From an uncultured delta proteobacterium (GTDB lineage: Bacteria; Desulfobacterota; Syntrophorhabdia; Syntrophorhabdales; WCHB1-27): 64,000 nucleotides of DNA. Made by a program: the position numbers and the translations under genes. Below, piece by piece: positions 60,826-64,000 of the stretch (position 1 is the stretch's first letter; each line of letters starts with the position of its first letter). The notes under the pieces are model-generated. The model searched no databases. It was given only the letters and a program-made list of their open reading frames with translations, and was not told where the DNA came from. The DNA is taken from positions 96,001 to 160,000 of the forward strand of contig CAWEPK010000016.1 of NCBI GenBank assembly GCA_963810935.1, in the 5' to 3' direction.

Positions 60826-62712
60826 ATGAGCAGACGGATATGCCTTATCAGTGAGCACGCCTCACCCCTTGCTGCAATCGGCGGCGTCGACAGCGGCGGC
60901 CAGAACATCTACGTGGGCCATGTGGCGAGGAGCCTTGCCAGGGCCGGCCATAAAGTGGACGTCTTCACGCGCCGCGAGAACACGGGCCTCAACGATATAG
61001 TCGAGTGGAAGGACGGGGTCAGGGTAGTCCACGTGAAGGCCGGTCCCCGGCGATATGTGAGGAAAGAAGAGCTTCTCCCCTACATGGGGGAATTCACCGA
61101 CTATTGCCTTCGGTTCATCAAGGCCGGAAATGACTACGATATCATCCATGCGAACTTCTGGATGTCGGGGCTTGTGGCTGCGGAGCTGAAGCAGAGGCTG
61201 GGCCTCCCCTTCATCGTCACCTTTCATGCCCTCGGCCGCGTCCGGCGGCTCTACCAGCAGGAGGCGGACGACTTCCCTGACGAGCGTTTCCTGATAGAGG
61301 AGCGCATCATTGCCGAGGCGGACGCCATTATTGCCGAATGCCCCCAGGACTATGAAGATCTGACGTCACTCTATAACGCGGACCCCGCGAAGGTGACGAT
61401 CATTCCGTGCGGCTTCGACCCGGAGGAATTCTGGCCGATGAACAGGTTTTCGGCAAGAAAGGAGCTGGGGCTTCGCGCAGATGAGTTCATCGTCCTCCAG
61501 CTCGGCCGCATCGTCCCCAGGAAAGGCATAGACACGGTCATCCGCGGCTTTGCCCGGTTCCTGCAGGGACACAGGGCGCCCGCCCGCCTCCTCGTGGTGG
61601 GAGGGGAATCGGACGGCCGTCAGGGCAGCGGTCAACCGGAGATGGAGCGACTTCGGGGGATCGCGGCCGGCAAAGGCATCGAGCCCTACGTGTCATTCCT
61701 CGGGAAAAGGGGCAGGGACCGGCTTCGTTACTACTATAACGCCTCGGACGTCTTCGTCACCATGCCGTGGTACGAGCCTTTCGGCATCACCCCCGTTGAG
61801 GCCATGGCGTGCGGCGTGCCCGTGATCGGGGCCGAGGTCGGCGGCATAAAGTACAGCGTTGTCGATGGCGAGACGGGTTTCCTGGCGCCGCCCAACGACC
61901 ATGAAAGGATTGCCGAGATCCTCTCCACCCTTCGCGCGCGCCCGGAGTTGCGGGAGGACCTCGGGCAGGAGGGCGTAAAGAGGGCCAACCGGCACTTTAC
62001 CTGGCAGAAAGTGGCGGTCTCCATTGAGGCGCTTGTGCATGAAGTCCTCGCCGGGGAAAGAAAGAAGCCCCAAACCGCTGGATGGCAGCACCGGATGATC
62101 GGAGACGGCTTCGCCTCGGTCATGGAGGTGATGCGCAAATCGCAGGCCCTCCTTCATTCGCCCATCATAGCGGCTGCGGACGCCGTCGGCGCCTGCTTCC
62201 GGAGGGGCGGGAAGGTCCTTGTCTGCGGCAACGGCGGGAGCGCCGCGGACACCCAGCATTTCGTGGGAGAGCTGGTCGGCCATTTCAAAAGCCGCACACG
62301 GCCGGGCTTGCCGGCCCTCGCCCTGACGGCCGATTCCGCCATCCTTACCGCATGCTCCAACGACATGGGCTATGAGCAGGTCTTTGCGAGGCAGGTGGAG
62401 GCGCTCGGTCAGCCGCAAGACCTCCTAGTCGTGATCAGCACGAGCGGACAGTCTCCCAATCTCATAAAGGCCTGTGAACAGGCCCACCGGATGGGGATCT
62501 CCTGCCTTGCACTCCTCGGAAGCGACGGCGGGGAGCTGGCCTCTATGGCCGATATCGTGGTTCTCGTGCCGGCCTCCGACAGGCAAAGGGTCCAGGAGGT
62601 CCAGCTTTTTGCCCTGCACCTTATATCCGGCCTCGTCGAGGAGCAAGTGGTCATGAGCCGGTCCGAAGCCTTCGAGGACCGCGATGACGTCGCGTTAACG
62701 GTCGGCCCATAG
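60826..62712 (+). CDS. GT4 (MshA-like) glycosyltransferase fused to GmhA-like SIS phosphoheptose isomerase
   Basis: DSGGQNIYV, PRKG, YEPFGITPVEAMACG; C-terminal CGNGGSAAD, ND.GY, STSG.S.N, RVQE...H. Confidence 0.9.
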   Translation: MSRRICLISEHASPLAAIGGVDSGGQNIYVGHVARSLARAGHKVDVFTRRENTGLNDIVEWKDGVRVVHVKAGPRRYVRKEELLPYMGEFTDYCLRFIKAGNDYDIIHANFWMSGLVAAELKQRLGLPFIVTFHALGRVRRLYQQEADDFPDERFLIEERIIAEADAIIAECPQDYEDLTSLYNADPAKVTIIPCGFDPEEFWPMNRFSARKELGLRADEFIVLQLGRIVPRKGIDTVIRGFARFLQGHRAPARLLVVGGESDGRQGSGQPEMERLRGIAAGKGIEPYVSFLGKRGRDRLRYYYNASDVFVTMPWYEPFGITPVEAMACGVPVIGAEVGGIKYSVVDGETGFLAPPNDHERIAEILSTLRARPELREDLGQEGVKRANRHFTWQKVAVSIEALVHEVLAGERKKPQTAGWQHRMIGDGFASVMEVMRKSQALLHSPIIAAADAVGACFRRGGKVLVCGNGGSAADTQHFVGELVGHFKSRTRPGLPALALTADSAILTACSNDMGYEQVFARQVEALGQPQDLLVVISTSGQSPNLIKACEQAHRMGISCLALLGSDGGELASMADIVVLVPASDRQRVQEVQLFALHLISGLVEEQVVMSRSEAFEDRDDVALTVGP

Positions 62713-62787
62713 CACGAACCCCGCAGCATTCACGGTCCGGTTCTTCCGAATGAAAACCTGGGGGAGAAGCGTTAATTTGTTTATGAG

Positions 62788-63369
62788 GTGCACCCGCCAG
62801 ACGTTATGACTTTTGGGTATCTGGTCTCACAATTTGGCTACCCGGCGGTGCTCCTCGGCACAGCGGCGGAAGGAGAGCTGATCCTGTTTGCGGGCGGCCT
62901 TGCGGCACAGGGGGGACACCTGAAGCTCCAGTGGGTCATAGCTGCGGCTTTTCTGGGAAGCCTGCTGGGGGATATGTCTTATTTCCTCCTGGGACGATTG
63001 AAGGGGAAAAAATTCCTGAAGAGGCGCCCTCGTTGGAAGGTCGGGGTCGAAAAAGCGTTGGTGCTTCTTGAGAGACACCAAAAACTCTCGGTCATCGGAC
63101 TTCGTTTCATGTCGGGCCTTCGGACGGTAACGCCCTTTGCGCTCGGCCTGACTTCGATCAGTATCCCTCGTTTTTTTATGCTCGACATGATAGGAGCGCT
63201 CGGATGGTCAATCGGCGGCTCTCTTGTCGGGTACGCCTTGGGTATGGCGGCACAGGCAATCGGCATCGACGTGAAGAAGTACGAGCATTGGATCATCCTG
63301 GGGATGCTATGCGCCGGGGCCCTGGTCGTGATGATCGGCTTCCTGCGGGGAAGGCGCGCGAGAGGGTAA
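62788..63369 (+). CDS. DedA family membrane protein
   Basis: EGE..L..GG, GS.LGD..Y.LGR, RF..GLR motifs. Confidence 0.88.
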   Translation: MHPPDVMTFGYLVSQFGYPAVLLGTAAEGELILFAGGLAAQGGHLKLQWVIAAAFLGSLLGDMSYFLLGRLKGKKFLKRRPRWKVGVEKALVLLERHQKLSVIGLRFMSGLRTVTPFALGLTSISIPRFFMLDMIGALGWSIGGSLVGYALGMAAQAIGIDVKKYEHWIILGMLCAGALVVMIGFLRGRRARG

Positions 63370-63416
63370 AGGTCGTCTCTCTACCATTACCCTCCCATCG
63401 CGATTCTCATCTCCTC

Positions 63417-64000
63417 CTATCTCCGTTCTTCTCCGTGTTTTTCGCCTCGTCCCTGTCGTTCCTCGACTCGGGGTTGAGCATGCCCGGCCTGCGGTTGTCC
63501 GTGGAAGTCGGCCTTCCCCTGGTATCCTTGTTGCCGTACAGCCTGTTGCTGAGGCCGGGGCGGGGAGCCCATACCTTGTTTCTGCCAGTACCCGCTGTTG
63601 TGCCACCCCTTCCAGTTCTGCTGGAGCTGAGCGTGGGAGACCCTCTGGAAGTTCCAGGGCTGCCCGTGCCAGTTGTGGCTGGCATAATATCCTCTCCATC
63701 CGGGGTCCACTTTGGCGTAGAAGCCTGGAACATGGTTGAAGTGAGCCCATCCGCGGTCATAGTAACGGGAACGGTACCAGCGGCCTTCCCACGGACGCCA
63801 CCACCACCCGTTGTAGAAGAACAGGTCGACGCCGGCGACCTCGGGGGCAACGTAGACGTCCGGGGCGCCGGGAAGCACCACTACTGCGGGAGGGGCCTGC
63901 ACGACGACGGGCGGCGGCAGGGGAATCCCGATGTTTACGCTGACGCCCACCTGTGCCCCCGCCGTAAAGGGAGCGACGACCGCCAACGCCAAAAAGATCG
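63417..64000 (-). CDS. Secreted Pro/Trp-rich hypothetical protein (5' end outside window)
   Basis: Frame is open to the window edge. Signal-like ...AGA-QVGVSVNIGIP, Pro-rich segment, YNGWWWRPWEGRWY, low-complexity Q/G/R/E tail. Confidence 0.75.
   Translation of the reverse strand, partial: IFLALAVVAPFTAGAQVGVSVNIGIPLPPPVVVQAPPAVVVLPGAPDVYVAPEVAGVDLFFYNGWWWRPWEGRWYRSRYYDRGWAHFNHVPGFYAKVDPGWRGYYASHNWHGQPWNFQRVSHAQLQQNWKGWHNSGYWQKQGMGSPPRPQQQAVRQQGYQGKADFHGQPQAGHAQPRVEERQGRGEKHGEERR

Overview
GC-rich chromosomal window from an anaerobic bacterium. Gene content suggests a Desulfobacterota/Syntrophorhabdus-like lineage; this is inference, no search was run. The centre (21.8-41.7 kb) is a co-oriented Wood-Ljungdahl cluster: fhs-cooC-folD-orf71-acsD-cooS(acsA)-acsB-[cobalamin riboswitch]-acsC-acsE-hdrC-hdrB-wHTH-hdrL-mvhD(Sec)-metV-metF, behind a sigma54-type promoter. 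A sigma54 activator follows, divergent from a second sigma54-type operon: small ORF, acyl-CoA ligase/GNAT, hdrC, hdrB, hdrA(Sec), mvhD, mvhG, mvhA (group 3c NiFe hydrogenase). That operon converges on an acetyl-CoA hydrolase/GNAT fusion. The left flank holds a hybrid kinase, a Zn-ADH, an MCP, an IS200-like element, a Tat-signal hemerythrin, Na+-decarboxylase beta/gamma-like genes, ferredoxin-pyrRBC, TerC, secDF, an HD-STAND-HEAT protein, serS and tatD. The right flank holds a degenerate cyclase-TPR membrane protein, CheB/CheR-PAS, a GT4-GmhA fusion and DedA. Main non-obvious signals: an intra-operonic B12 riboswitch whose pairing suggests ON logic, a ~110-bp covarying structured repeat, two UGA+SECIS selenoproteins missed by the ORF track, several leaderless-looking transcripts, and three +1 frameshifts that may be assembly errors.
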